A stretch of 61,630 nt of DNA, filler included, from Thermodesulfobacteriota bacterium (GTDB taxonomy: Bacteria > DASVDK01), in the NCBI GenBank assembly GCA_036381125.1. It is 4 parts of 4 records of this genome, joined end to end, with 100 filler letters (N's around TTAATTAATTAA, not from the genome) between each part and the next. Parts side by side here need not be neighbours in the genome. Positions count along the whole stretch, not along the records: positions 1 to 22,749 come from DASVDK010000346.1; 3 more parts are not named here. The stretch is one strand, 5' to 3'. Under the pieces are notes generated by a model. That model had not been told where the DNA came from. It did not search any database and saw only the letters and a program-made list of their open reading frames with translations. Of this stretch, positions 1 through 14,423 are shown in pieces; the stretch's first letter is position 1; every line of letters begins with the position of its first letter. The translations under genes were made by a program, and so were the position numbers.

Positions 1-55
1 CGGAAACTGTGCGACCTCGCAGTCCGACATCTCGACCGCGTCCGGAGCAGGACCG

Positions 56-565
56 ATGACCGACAAGACCCGGGGCGCCGCACCCGAGAGGAGCACAGGA
101 GGCGGGCTGATCCGCGCGCCGCAGGACTTCGCGGCCGGCGCGAGCCTCGTCGCGCTGGCGCTCTTCGCCCTCTGGGCGAGTGCGGACCTCTCGCAGGGCC
201 GTCTCGGGCACATGGGCCCCGGCATGCTGCCGCGAGCCACCGCCGTGCTGATCGGCCTGCTCGGGATCGGCATCGCGATCGGCGCGTGCCTCAGGCCGGG
301 CCCCCCGCTCGAACGGTGGGGCATCCGGGGGCCGCTCTTCGTCTTCCTGGGGGTCCTGGCCTTCGCCCTCACGATCCGCTCCGTCGGCCTCGTGGTCGCC
401 GGCCCGCTCGTCGCCCTGATCGGCGGCGCCGCCTCGCCGGAGACCCGGCTCGGCGAGGCGTTCGTCTTCGCCGCCGCCATCACCGCCTTCTGCATCGGGC
501 TCTTCAAGTACGCCCTCAACCTGCCGATCCCGGTGCTCGTGATCCCGGGCGTCGTCGTGCTCTAG
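56..565 (+). CDS. tctB: Tripartite tricarboxylate transporter small membrane subunit TctB
   Basis: 169 aa, about 4-5 hydrophobic segments, MGPGMLP motif, C-terminal LFKYALNLPIP; directly upstream of tctA. Confidence 0.85.
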   Translation: MTDKTRGAAPERSTGGGLIRAPQDFAAGASLVALALFALWASADLSQGRLGHMGPGMLPRATAVLIGLLGIGIAIGACLRPGPPLERWGIRGPLFVFLGVLAFALTIRSVGLVVAGPLVALIGGAASPETRLGEAFVFAAAITAFCIGLFKYALNLPIPVLVIPGVVVL

Positions 566-575
566 AGGCCTGCCG

Positions 576-2078
576 GTGGGCGATCTCACCGCGAACCTCT
601 CGCTGGGGTTCTCGACCGCGCTGTCGTGGCAGAACGTCGGGCTGGCGTTCATCGGCTGCCTGGTCGGCACGCTCATCGGCGTGCTGCCCGGCGTCGGGCC
701 GATCGCGACGATCACGATGCTCTTGCCGATCACGTTCGGCATCGATCCGGTCGGCGCCCTCATCATGCTGGCCGGCATCTACTACGGCGCCCAGTACGGC
801 GGCTCGACCACGGCCATCCTGGTGAACATCCCGGGCGAGGCCACGGCGGTCGTCGCCACGCTCGACGGCCACCAGATGGCCAGGCAGGGCCGCGCCGGCG
901 CCGCGCTCGGCATCGCGGCCATCGGATCCTTCTTCGCCGGGTGCGTCGCCACGCTCGTCATCGCCGCGCTGGCCGCCCCGCTCACCCGGGTCGCGCTCCT
1001 CTTCGGCCCGGCCGAGTACTTCGCGCTCATGGTGATGGGGCTGGTCTTCGCCGTCGTGCTCGCCCGCGGCTCCATCCCCAAGGCGCTCGCGATGATCCTG
1101 GTCGGGATCCTCCTCTCCACGGTCGGCACCGACCTGGAGACGGGCGAGGAGCGGATGACGTTCGGGTACGGCCCGCTCGCCGAGGGGCTCGACTTCGCGG
1201 TCCTCGCCATGGGGATCTTCGGCTTCGCCGAGGTGCTGCGCAACCTCGAGCAGACCGAGGCCCGCGAGGTGGTGAAGCAGGCGATCGGGCGGGTGCTCCC
1301 CACGCTCGCGGACCTGAAGCGGTCGGTCTGGCCGATCGTCCGCGGCAGCCTCCTCGGCGGCGCGCTCGGGATCCTCCCCGGCAACGGGGCGGTGCTCGGG
1401 CCCTTCGCGGCCTACACCCTCGAGAAGAAGATCGCGAAGGACCCGCGGCGGTTCGGCCAGGGGGCCATCGAGGGGGTGGCCGGCCCGGAGTCGGCCAACA
1501 ACGCGGGGGCCCAGACCTCGTTCATCCCGCTGCTGACGCTGGGGATCCCGCCGAACGCGGTCATGGCGCTCATGGTCGGGGCCATGACGATCCACGGGAT
1601 CGTCCCCGGGCCCCAGGTGATGACGAGGAACCCGACGCTCTTCTGGGGCATGATCGCCAGCATGTGGATCGGCAACCTGATGCTGCTGGTGATCAACCTG
1701 CCGCTCGTCGGCCTCTGGGTGCGGTTCCTCAAGGTGCCGTACCGGTTGATGTACCCGTCGATCCTCGTCTTCTCGTGCATCGGGATCTACTCGGTGCGCA
1801 ACCTGCCCGAGGACGTCGTCTTCACCGGCGTCCTGGCCCTGGTGGGCTACGCGCTCATCAAGTTCGGCTTCGAGGCGGCCCCGCTGCTCCTCGGCTTCGT
1901 GCTCGGGCGCCTCATGGAGGAGAACCTCCGCCGGGCGCTCAGCATCGCGCGCGGGGACCCCATGACGTTCGTCGAACGGCCGGTGAGCGCGGTGCTGCTC
2001 GCCGTCGCCCTCCTCGTCCTGGTGCTCGCGCTGCTCCCGGCGGTGCGCAAGGGCCGCGACGAGGTCTTCGCGGAGTGA
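576..2078 (+). CDS. tctA: Tripartite tricarboxylate transporter permease TctA
   Basis: GTLIGVLPGVG, IYYGAQYGGSTTAILVNIPGE, GPESANNA, LTLGIP signatures; GTG start. Confidence 0.95.
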   Translation: MGDLTANLSLGFSTALSWQNVGLAFIGCLVGTLIGVLPGVGPIATITMLLPITFGIDPVGALIMLAGIYYGAQYGGSTTAILVNIPGEATAVVATLDGHQMARQGRAGAALGIAAIGSFFAGCVATLVIAALAAPLTRVALLFGPAEYFALMVMGLVFAVVLARGSIPKALAMILVGILLSTVGTDLETGEERMTFGYGPLAEGLDFAVLAMGIFGFAEVLRNLEQTEAREVVKQAIGRVLPTLADLKRSVWPIVRGSLLGGALGILPGNGAVLGPFAAYTLEKKIAKDPRRFGQGAIEGVAGPESANNAGAQTSFIPLLTLGIPPNAVMALMVGAMTIHGIVPGPQVMTRNPTLFWGMIASMWIGNLMLLVINLPLVGLWVRFLKVPYRLMYPSILVFSCIGIYSVRNLPEDVVFTGVLALVGYALIKFGFEAAPLLLGFVLGRLMEENLRRALSIARGDPMTFVERPVSAVLLAVALLVLVLALLPAVRKGRDEVFAE

Positions 2079-2139
2079 CGCCGCTCCGGGAGGCGGCACG
2101 ATCCAGGCTGGAGACAGGACCAGCACCAAGGGAGGCAGC

Positions 2140-3114
2140 ATGAGAACGACACTCGTCCTGGTTGCGGCGGCGCTCGGGCTCTCGGCCGGCGTGGCGCACG
2201 CCGCGAGCTACCCCGAGCGGCCGATCACGATGATCGTGCCCTTCGCGGCCGGCGGTCCGACGGACGTGACCGCCCGGATCGTGAGCGAGCACATGTCGCG
2301 CACGCTCGGCCAGCAGATCGTCATCGAGAACGTCGCCGGGGCCGGCGGCACGACCGGCATCACCCGCGCGGCCCAGTCGAGGCCGGACGGCTACACGATC
2401 ATGATGGGCCACATGGGGACGCACGGCGCCGCGCCGGCGGTCTACCCCAACCTCAAGTACGACCCGACGAAGGACTTCGAGCCGGTCGGGCTCGCGGCCG
2501 GGACGCCGATCCTCATCGTGGCCAAGAAGGACTTCCCCGCGAACACCCTCAAGGAGTTCGTCGCGTACGTGAAGGCCAACGCGTCGAAGCTCAACGAGGC
2601 CCACGCCGGGGTCGGGTCCGTCTCGCACACGACCTGCTCGCTCCTGCACTCCCAGCTCGGCGTGTCGCCGAACCGCGTGGCCTACCGCGGCACAGGGCCG
2701 GCGCTGAACGACCTCGTGGCGGGGCAGGTCGACTACATGTGCGACCAGATCGTCAACCTGACGCCGCAGATCCAGGCCGGCACCATCAAGGCCTTCGCCA
2801 TCGCCACGGCCGAGCGCAACCCCGCGATCCCCGACGTGCCGACCACCAGGGAGGCGGGGCTGCCCGACTACCAGGTGAGCGCCTGGAACGCGATCTTCGC
2901 CCCCAAGGGGACGCCGAAGGACGTCGTGGCGAAGCTGGCGGACGCGCTCGACAAGGCGCTCGACGACGAGGCCACCCGCAAGCGGCTCGCCGACCTCGGC
3001 GGGGACATCCCCGACAAGCAGGGCCGCACGCCGGCGGCGCTCGCGAAGCTCGTCCAGAGCGAGGTCCAGCGCTGGGCCTCGGTCATGAAGTCCGCGGCGG
3101 GCCAGGGCAAGTAG
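2140..3114 (+). CDS. tctC: Tripartite tricarboxylate transporter substrate-binding protein (Bug/TctC)
   Basis: Signal peptide, YPERPITMIVPFAAGGPTD, ENVAGAGG, YRGTGPA motifs; GGAGG RBS. Confidence 0.93.
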   Translation: MRTTLVLVAAALGLSAGVAHAASYPERPITMIVPFAAGGPTDVTARIVSEHMSRTLGQQIVIENVAGAGGTTGITRAAQSRPDGYTIMMGHMGTHGAAPAVYPNLKYDPTKDFEPVGLAAGTPILIVAKKDFPANTLKEFVAYVKANASKLNEAHAGVGSVSHTTCSLLHSQLGVSPNRVAYRGTGPALNDLVAGQVDYMCDQIVNLTPQIQAGTIKAFAIATAERNPAIPDVPTTREAGLPDYQVSAWNAIFAPKGTPKDVVAKLADALDKALDDEATRKRLADLGGDIPDKQGRTPAALAKLVQSEVQRWASVMKSAAGQGK

Positions 3115-3133
3115 CGCCTGCCCGTCCGGTCGA

Positions 3134-3160
3134 ACCGGGGCGGGCAACGCTCGCCCCGGT
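3134..3160 (+). terminator. GC-rich stem-loop after tctC (terminator-like, no U-tract)
   Basis: ACCGGGGCGGGC-AAC-GCTCGCCCCGGT, 12-bp stem with one G-U, 19 nt after the tctC stop. Confidence 0.45.
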
Positions 3161-3163
3161 CCG

Positions 3164-3216
3164 GCCAGTTTGACGCGTGCGCGGCCGCGCCTTGCCAGTT
3201 TGACCCGCGCGCGGCC
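3164..3216. repeat. 23-bp direct repeat, period 30, upstream of dnaK
   Basis: GCCAGTTTGACGCGTGCGCGGCC (3164-3186) and GCCAGTTTGACCCGCGCGCGGCC (3194-3216), 21/23 identical. Confidence 0.8.
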
Positions 3217-3401
3217 CTCCTAACCCGTCGTCATCACTCGACTTTCCGGCGTCCGGCACACGGGCGCCGCGGCACGGCCGTTGCAAAACCCCGCCACCGG
3301 AGTACCGGCCGCGTCCATCTGGCGCGGCGGCAGTCCGTTCTCGCGCGGTCGAACTCGCTGACCCCGCGGCCGGACCACCTGACTTCGAGGAGGCACAGGC
3401 A

Positions 3402-5303
<1,902 letters not shown>

Positions 5304-5315
5304 CGAGCGCCTCGA

Positions 5316-5348
5316 GCCGGGAGGGGGTCCGGAGGACCCCCTCCCGGC
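5316..5348. repeat. Perfect 15-bp inverted repeat (stem-loop) between dnaK and dnaJ
   Basis: GCCGGGAGGGGGTCC-GGA-GGACCCCCTCCCGGC; no U-tract. Confidence 0.85.
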
Positions 5349-5472
5349 GACCTCGCCGTTGCGTCACGGGCTCCGGGCGGGCCGGGGCCCGCCCTCCGCT
5401 CGAGGAGCCGCCGCGGAGTCTCGGTCCCCGTGGGCGCGGGTCGTGACCTGCGCTGGTATCATCTGACTGACC

Positions 5473-6534
5473 ATGGCGAACGGCAACAAGGACTACTACG
5501 CCGTCCTCGGCGTCTCCCGCACCGCCTCCGACGACGAGATCAAGAAGGCCTACCGCAAGCTCGCCCGCAAGGACCACCCCGACGTGAACCCCGGGAACAA
5601 GCAGGCCGAGGCGAAGTTCAAGGAGATCGGGGAGGCGTACGACGTCCTCTCCGACCCGGAGAAGCGCCGGCGCTACGACCAGTTCGGCCAGGCGGCGTTC
5701 GACGGCGGGTTCGACCCGAGCCTCTTCCGGCGGCGGGGCGGCGGGGCGGGCCGGGGCGGCCGGACGGCCAGCTTCGACTTCGGGCCGTTCACGGCCGGCG
5801 GGGGGCCGTTCGGCGCCGAGGGGCCCTCCTTCGAGGACCTCTTCTCCGACCTGCTCGGCGGCGCGGGGCGCCGGCGCGCGAGGGCGCCGGGCGCCGGGTT
5901 CGGTGTGCGCGGGGCCGACCTCGAGCAGGCGATCGTCGTCACGTTCGAGGAGGCGGCACGAGGGGCCACGCGGGACCTCGAGATCGTCCGCGACGCGGCG
6001 TGCGAGGCCTGCCGGGGGGCCGGAGTCCTGTCCAGAGGGCAGACCTGTCCCACCTGCCTCGGGCGCGGGCGCGTCCGCCGCTCGGAGCGGGTGAGCGTCA
6101 AGATCCCCGCGGGCGTCGAGACCGGCTCCCGCATCCGGCTCGCCGGCAAGGGTGGAGCCGGGACGGGGGGCGGGCCGGCCGGGGACCTGTTCCTGGTGGT
6201 GGAGGTCACGCCGCACCGGTGGTTCAGGCGCGAGGGGGACGACGTCCGGCTCGAGCTGCCGGTCACGGTGGCCGAGGCCGCCCTCGGCACCAGGGTCGAC
6301 GTGCCGACCCTCGACGGCCCGGTGTCGCTCACCGTGCCTCCGGGGTCGTCGTCCGGGACCACGCTGCGGCTGCGCGAGCGAGGGATCCAGCGCCTGAAGG
6401 GCGGCCGGGGCGACCAGCTGGTTACCCTCAGGATCGTGTTGCCGAAGACGCTCGACGAGACCTCGAGGGCTCTGCTAGAAGAGTTCGCCCGGCGGACCGC
6501 CTTCGACCCGCGGGCCGGGCTGTGGCGTCCCTGA
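5473..6534 (+). CDS. dnaJ: DnaJ-family co-chaperone with a half zinc finger (DnaJ/CbpA-like)
   Basis: J domain with HPD, G/F-rich region, only two CxxCxGxG repeats ([16 protein letters not shown]), C-terminal DnaJ_C domain. Confidence 0.88.
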   Translation: MANGNKDYYAVLGVSRTASDDEIKKAYRKLARKDHPDVNPGNKQAEAKFKEIGEAYDVLSDPEKRRRYDQFGQAAFDGGFDPSLFRRRGGGAGRGGRTASFDFGPFTAGGGPFGAEGPSFEDLFSDLLGGAGRRRARAPGAGFGVRGADLEQAIVVTFEEAARGATRDLEIVRDAACEACRGAGVLSRGQTCPTCLGRGRVRRSERVSVKIPAGVETGSRIRLAGKGGAGTGGGPAGDLFLVVEVTPHRWFRREGDDVRLELPVTVAEAALGTRVDVPTLDGPVSLTVPPGSSSGTTLRLRERGIQRLKGGRGDQLVTLRIVLPKTLDETSRALLEEFARRTAFDPRAGLWRP

Positions 6535-6626
6535 CCGGCCCTGAGTTCGAGGGGTTGCGAGGCCGGTCCGGGGGCGGGACCCGATCGGGCGGGGCGGCCG
6601 GCGGCTTCCAGGGGCCTCGGGCCACG

Positions 6627-6635
6627 TGGTAGAAT
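6627..6635 (+). promoter_or_regulatory. Extended -10 promoter element for the clp-DUF1844-degP unit
   Basis: TG-G-TAGAAT about 80 nt upstream of the clp ATG. Confidence 0.55.
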
Positions 6636-6714
6636 GCGCAAACGCCGGCAAAGGGCGCGACCTTTGCGAGAACCGGTCATCCGAGCGCGTCGGCGACGTT
6701 GAGGTAGCAGAAGA

Positions 6715-8970
<2,256 letters not shown>

Positions 8971-8988
8971 CCCGGAGGCGCATCCTCC

Positions 8989-9447
8989 ATGGCCCCCCGG
9001 GAGGAGACCGAGAGCTTCAAGGTCGTCGACCGGCGCCGCTTCACCGCGGAAGGCGACGCGGTGCCGTCGGCGCAGGCCGAGGCGGCGCAGGACCGACCGG
9101 CGGCCGAGCCTCGGCGGCCCGAGGCGCCGCGTGACGAGCCCGAGCGCCCGCGGGGTGCGCCCCGCCCGGGCGACGCCGGCCCGGGAGCCGAGTTGCCGCC
9201 GCCGACCTTCGCGGCCCTCGTGCAGATGCTCGCCATGAGCGCCCTCGACGCCCTCGGCGCCATCCCGGGCCCCGACGGCGAGCGGCGGCCGCCCGACCTC
9301 GCGCTCGCCCGGCACGGGATCGACCTGCTCGGCGTGCTCGAGGCCAAGACGCGCGGCAACCTCGAGCCCGACGAGGCGCGCCTCCTCGAGCAGACCCTCT
9401 TCGACCTCCGCATGCTCGCGGTCCGCGCGGGGAGCGCGCGCGGATGA
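8989..9447 (+). CDS. DUF1844 domain-containing protein
   Basis: FKVVDRRRF N-terminal motif, Pro-rich linker, DLALARHGIDLLGVLEAKTRGNLEPDE signature; GGAGG RBS. Confidence 0.8.
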   Translation: MAPREETESFKVVDRRRFTAEGDAVPSAQAEAAQDRPAAEPRRPEAPRDEPERPRGAPRPGDAGPGAELPPPTFAALVQMLAMSALDALGAIPGPDGERRPPDLALARHGIDLLGVLEAKTRGNLEPDEARLLEQTLFDLRMLAVRAGSARG

Positions 9448-11000
9448 GCGACGCCCGCGGCCGCCGCGGCTTCGGCTTCGGCACGCTGCTGGTCGCGATG
9501 CTCGGCGTCTTCGCCGGGATCGGCATCGTCAGCACGGTGGACCGCCTGCGCACCGTCGACCAGCCGCCGCCGGTCGCGAGCGAGCCGCCGCCGGCCGTGC
9601 GGTCGGCCCCGGACGCCTTCACCGCCCTCGCCCGCAACGTCAACCCGGCGGTCGTCAACATCAGCACCACGAGGGTCGTCCGCGGCGGCGACATCTTCGG
9701 GCGTCAGGCGCCGCAGAGCCCCTTCGAGTCGCCGGGGCCGCAGGGCCAGCCCGGGCTTCCGGGCGGCCCCGGCGGGCCGAACCCCTTCGAGGAGTTCTTC
9801 GACCGCTTCTTCGACGGCCCGCAGGACGACTCCCGCCAGAACAGCCTCGGGTCGGGCTTCATCATCTCGAAGGACGGCCTCATCCTCACCAACAACCACG
9901 TCATCGAGGGGGCCGACCAGGTCAAGGTCACCGTCACGGACGCGCAGAACCGCGAGCGCGACTACGAGGCGGACGTCGTCGGGCGCGACCCGAAGACCGA
10001 CCTGGCCCTCATCAGGATCAAGGCCCCGGGCGATCTGCCGGTGGTGACGCTCGGCGACTCGTCGAAGGTCGAGATCGGCGAGTGGGTCTTCGCGATCGGC
10101 AACCCCTTCGGCCTCGGCCACACCATCACGGCCGGCATCGTCAGCGCCAAGGGGCGCGTCCTCGGCTCCGGACCCTACGACGACTACATCCAGACCGACG
10201 CGTCCATCAACCCCGGCAACTCGGGCGGCCCGCTCTTCAACATGAAGGGCGAGGTCGTGGGGATCAACACCGCCATCCTGGCGACCGGTCAGGGGATCGG
10301 CTTCGCCATCCCGGTCAACCTCGCGCGGGAGCTCCTCCCCCAGCTCCGCGACAAGGGCTTCGTCACCCGCGGCTGGCTCGGCGTCTACATCCAGCGCCTC
10401 ACCCCGGAGCTGGCGCAGAGCGTCGGTGCGCCGTCGGATCAGGGCGTGCTGGTCACGGAGGTGGCCGAGGGCTCACCCGCGGCCGCGGCCGGCATCCGGC
10501 GGCGCGACGTGATCGTCGAGTTCGACGGCAAGCCGATCGGCGACGCCGGCGACCTGCCCCGGCTCGTGGCGGCCGCGCCGGTGGGGAAGACCGCCGAGGT
10601 CAAGCTCCTGCGCGACGGCAAGCCGTTGACGCTCACGGTGACCATCGCCGAGCTGGTCGAGGAGCGCGCGGCCCGGACCACGCCGGCGCCGCAGACGCCC
10701 GGGCCGGCGCCGCGGCGGCTCGGCTTCAGCGTCCGCGAGCTCACGCCCGACCTCGCGCGCCAGCTCGGCACCCGGCCGGGCCAGGGGGTGGTCGTGGCCT
10801 CGGTCGACGGGGGGAGCGACGCCGAGGATGCCGGCCTGCGCGAGGGCGACCTCATCGTCGAGGTGAACCGCCAGGCCATCGGCTCGGTCCGCCAGTTCCA
10901 GTCGACGCTCGCCGGCGTGAAGCGCGGCGAGCCGATCCTGCTCCTCGTGCGGCGCGGCGACTCGGGGCCGCAGTACATCACCCTGGCCAATCGGGGATAG
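9444..11000 (+). CDS. degP: HtrA/DegP/DegQ serine protease with two PDZ domains
   Basis: N-terminal hydrophobic anchor, SLGSGFII, LTNNHV, DPKTDLA, INPGNSGGP triad motifs, two PDZ regions; ATGA overlap with DUF1844. Confidence 0.92.
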   Translation: MSDARGRRGFGFGTLLVAMLGVFAGIGIVSTVDRLRTVDQPPPVASEPPPAVRSAPDAFTALARNVNPAVVNISTTRVVRGGDIFGRQAPQSPFESPGPQGQPGLPGGPGGPNPFEEFFDRFFDGPQDDSRQNSLGSGFIISKDGLILTNNHVIEGADQVKVTVTDAQNRERDYEADVVGRDPKTDLALIRIKAPGDLPVVTLGDSSKVEIGEWVFAIGNPFGLGHTITAGIVSAKGRVLGSGPYDDYIQTDASINPGNSGGPLFNMKGEVVGINTAILATGQGIGFAIPVNLARELLPQLRDKGFVTRGWLGVYIQRLTPELAQSVGAPSDQGVLVTEVAEGSPAAAAGIRRRDVIVEFDGKPIGDAGDLPRLVAAAPVGKTAEVKLLRDGKPLTLTVTIAELVEERAARTTPAPQTPGPAPRRLGFSVRELTPDLARQLGTRPGQGVVVASVDGGSDAEDAGLREGDLIVEVNRQAIGSVRQFQSTLAGVKRGEPILLLVRRGDSGPQYITLANRG

Positions 11001-11610
11001 GCGCGGGCTCGGCCTCGAGCCGCGCCGGCCTGAACCCCTTTCCGACGAGATACGACTCCGTCGACGCCTTGCGGCTCGCCCGGGGATCGATCACCTTGAG
11101 GGTCTGAAAGGCCGGCCGTAGCCTCGCCACGAGCGCGTCGGTCTCCGGGGAGGCGAACACCTTGGCGACGAACGTGCCGCCGGGGCGCAGGAGCCGCCGG
11201 GCCACGCCCGCTGCCGCCGCGACCAGCTCGACGCTCCGCGCGATGTCCGCGTCGCGGACGCCGGACAGCCTGGGCGAGAGATCGGACAGGACGACGTCGG
11301 CCGGGCCGCCCAACGCCTGCGCCGCGGCGGCCGCGACCGCCTCGTCGCGCAGGTCGCCCCGGATGACCGTCGCGTTCGGCCGGGGCAGGGGGGCCATGGG
11401 GGCGAGGTCGATGCCGACCACGCGCCCGCCGGAGCCGACCCGCTCGAGCGCGACCTGCATCCAGCCCCCGGGGGCGCAGCCGAGGTCGAGCACCCGGCCG
11501 CCAGGCTTGAGAAAGCGTTCGCGATCGTCCAGCTCGGCAAGCTTGTAGGCGGCCCGCGACCGGTAGCCTTCTCGCTTGGCGCGCCAATAGTACGGATCAC
11601 GTCGATCCAT
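10978..11610 (-). CDS. rlmE: 23S rRNA Um2552 methyltransferase RlmE (FtsJ/RrmJ)
   Basis: DPYYWRAKREGYRSRAAYKL, LDLGCAPGGW, VVLSD, FVAKVF, ASRKASTE; 3' end overlaps degP by 23 nt. Confidence 0.93.
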   Translation of the reverse strand: MDRRDPYYWRAKREGYRSRAAYKLAELDDRERFLKPGGRVLDLGCAPGGWMQVALERVGSGGRVVGIDLAPMAPLPRPNATVIRGDLRDEAVAAAAAQALGGPADVVLSDLSPRLSGVRDADIARSVELVAAAAGVARRLLRPGGTFVAKVFASPETDALVARLRPAFQTLKVIDPRASRKASTESYLVGKGFRPARLEAEPAPIPDWPG

Positions 11611-11782
11611 GGAAGTCCCTGTTTTGAACCGGTAGAAAGGGCAGGTCAGCGACCGGCCATGCGACCCGACAGGCCGGGTATCGGGATCGCCCGGCTATGT
11701 GCAATCGCGTTTTACTGTAGCGCCTCTTCACTTGACAACCGCTGAGCGAGGTGATGAAGTGTCTCCTTGCAGGAGGTACACC

Positions 11783-12697
11783 ACGCGCGACTCCGGCTTC
11801 TTGCGGCTTGCCTGTCCGGCAAAGGTGAACCTCTCCCTCGAGGTGCTCGGGCGACGGGCCGACGGGTATCACGACCTCCGGTCGGTCATGGTGCCCATCA
11901 GCCTGGCCGACGAGCTCGAGGTCCGGCTCGCCCCCGCGCCCGGCATTCGCGTCGCGGTCGACGGGGCCGACCTCCCCTGCGGCCCGGACAACCTCGTCCA
12001 CCGGGCCGCTGCCCGCTTCCTCGAGACGCTTCGAGGCCCGGGCGCCCTCGACCGCGCGCCGGGCGTCGACATCCGCCTCGTCAAGCGCATCCCCGTGGGC
12101 GCCGGCCTCGGAGGCGGCAGCAGCGACGCGGCCGGTACGCTCCTCGCCCTGGACCGCCTGCTCGACGCGCGGCTCGGCGAGGCCGGTCTGGCTGCCATCG
12201 GCCTCGAGCTCGGGGCGGACGTCCCGTTCTTCGTCCACGGCAGGCCGGCCCTCGCCACGGGCATCGGGGAGCGCCTGGCTCCCCTGGACGGCCTGCCCAC
12301 CCTCTGGCTGGTCCTCGTGAACCCCGGCTTCCAGGTCTCCACGGCCTGGGTCTTCCGGGAGTTCGCGGCCGCCGCGGCCTCCGGCGCGCGGTTGACGCCG
12401 CCTGGCAGCCAGAGTACCATTGACCGGTTTCTGCAAGGGTCCGCCCTCGCCGGAGTCGAGTTCCGAAACGACCTGGAATCGGTCACCTTGCGCGCCTATC
12501 CAGTACTCGAGGCGCTCAAGGGGGAACTCTCGGCGTCGGGCGCTGTCGCGACGCTCATGTCGGGCAGCGGCCCCACGGTCTTTGGCATCTTTCTCGACGA
12601 GCCTGCTGCGCGCGCGGCCGAAGGGCGCCTTCGGACCTCCGCGGGACGCCGCGTCTTCCTCGCGCACAGCACGACACGAGGACCTCACCCGATGTAG
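11783..12697 (+). CDS. ispE: 4-diphosphocytidyl-2-C-methyl-D-erythritol kinase (start uncertain: GTG 11759, ACG 11783 or TTG 11801)
   Basis: [53 protein letters not shown]. Confidence 0.93.
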   Translation, partial: TRDSGFLRLACPAKVNLSLEVLGRRADGYHDLRSVMVPISLADELEVRLAPAPGIRVAVDGADLPCGPDNLVHRAAARFLETLRGPGALDRAPGVDIRLVKRIPVGAGLGGGSSDAAGTLLALDRLLDARLGEAGLAAIGLELGADVPFFVHGRPALATGIGERLAPLDGLPTLWLVLVNPGFQVSTAWVFREFAAAAASGARLTPPGSQSTIDRFLQGSALAGVEFRNDLESVTLRAYPVLEALKGELSASGAVATLMSGSGPTVFGIFLDEPAARAAEGRLRTSAGRRVFLAHSTTRGPHPM

Positions 12698-12737
12698 AGG
12701 ATCCGGCCCGACCGGCACATTCTGGACGGAGGCGGCC

Positions 12738-13001
12738 ATGCAAGTCACCGAGGTGCGTGTCTTCCCGGTCAACGAGGACAAGCTCAAGGCCTACGCCACC
12801 ATCACGTTCGACGGCTGCTTCGTGGTGCGCGACCTGAAGGTCATCCACGGCAACAGCGGCCTCTTCGTCGCGATGCCGAGCAAGAAGCGGAAGGACGGCA
12901 CCTTCAAGGACACCGCCCATCCGCTGAACAACGAGACCAGGGAGATGATCGAGGAGAAGGTCCTCAGCGAGTACGAGAGAGAGATCACGAAAGTGGCCTG
13001 A
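12738..13001 (+). CDS. spoVG: SpoVG family nucleic-acid-binding regulator
   Basis: [63 protein letters not shown]. Confidence 0.93.
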   Translation: MQVTEVRVFPVNEDKLKAYATITFDGCFVVRDLKVIHGNSGLFVAMPSKKRKDGTFKDTAHPLNNETREMIEEKVLSEYEREITKVA

Positions 13002-13236
13002 ACCCGCCCCGGGCGCCGGCGATCGGCGCGCCGCGCGCTTCGCGCACGGCCGCCGGGACGCCGTCGCGGGCGACCGGCCACTCGAGGGGCGTGCGGCGCC
13101 GACGGTCGTCGTCGGGTATCGAGACCGCCGTCGGCGCCTCACGGCGGAGCGGGCGGCCGGCTTGAACCCGCGCGGGAGTACCGCCGCTTCCGGGAGAGCC
13201 GGTCGTGGCCGCGAGCCGCCGGCCGCGCGGACATCC

Positions 13237-13310
13237 TGGGGCGTCGACAAGCGGTAAGTCACTGGACTTTGACTCCAGCATCGGAGGTTCGAATCCTCCC
13301 GCCCCAGCCA
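13237..13310 (+). tRNA. tRNA-Gln (anticodon TTG)
   Basis: TGGGGCG acceptor stem pairing with CGCCCCA, anticodon arm CTGGA-CT-TTG-AC-TCCAG, T-loop GGTTCGAATCC, encoded CCA; conserved ispE-tRNA-Gln-prs context. Confidence 0.96.
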
Positions 13311-13448
13311 CCCTCTGCAGACGTTGTAGCGTGATCGTCGTAGCGTGACCGTCAATCCAACGCGCCCATGTGCCGCCCGGCGGGGCGACCCGCGAGGTCG
13401 CCCGCCGAGGCGCGCGCACGGCCCGAGTTCGGAGCGCCCAGGTCGTCC

Positions 13449-14390
<942 letters not shown>

Positions 14391-14423
14391 CGGGCCGGGC
14401 AGGACTCGGGAAGGACGAGGCAC

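Noticed and set aside
3164-3216. CtsR box upstream of dnaK
   Set aside because: One TTTGACC matches the reversed heptad, but the period is 30 rather than 10 and no ctsR is in the window
6641-6704. c-di-GMP-I riboswitch upstream of clp
   Set aside because: GGCAAA is present but the GNRA tetraloop, second GCAAA and receptor helix are missing
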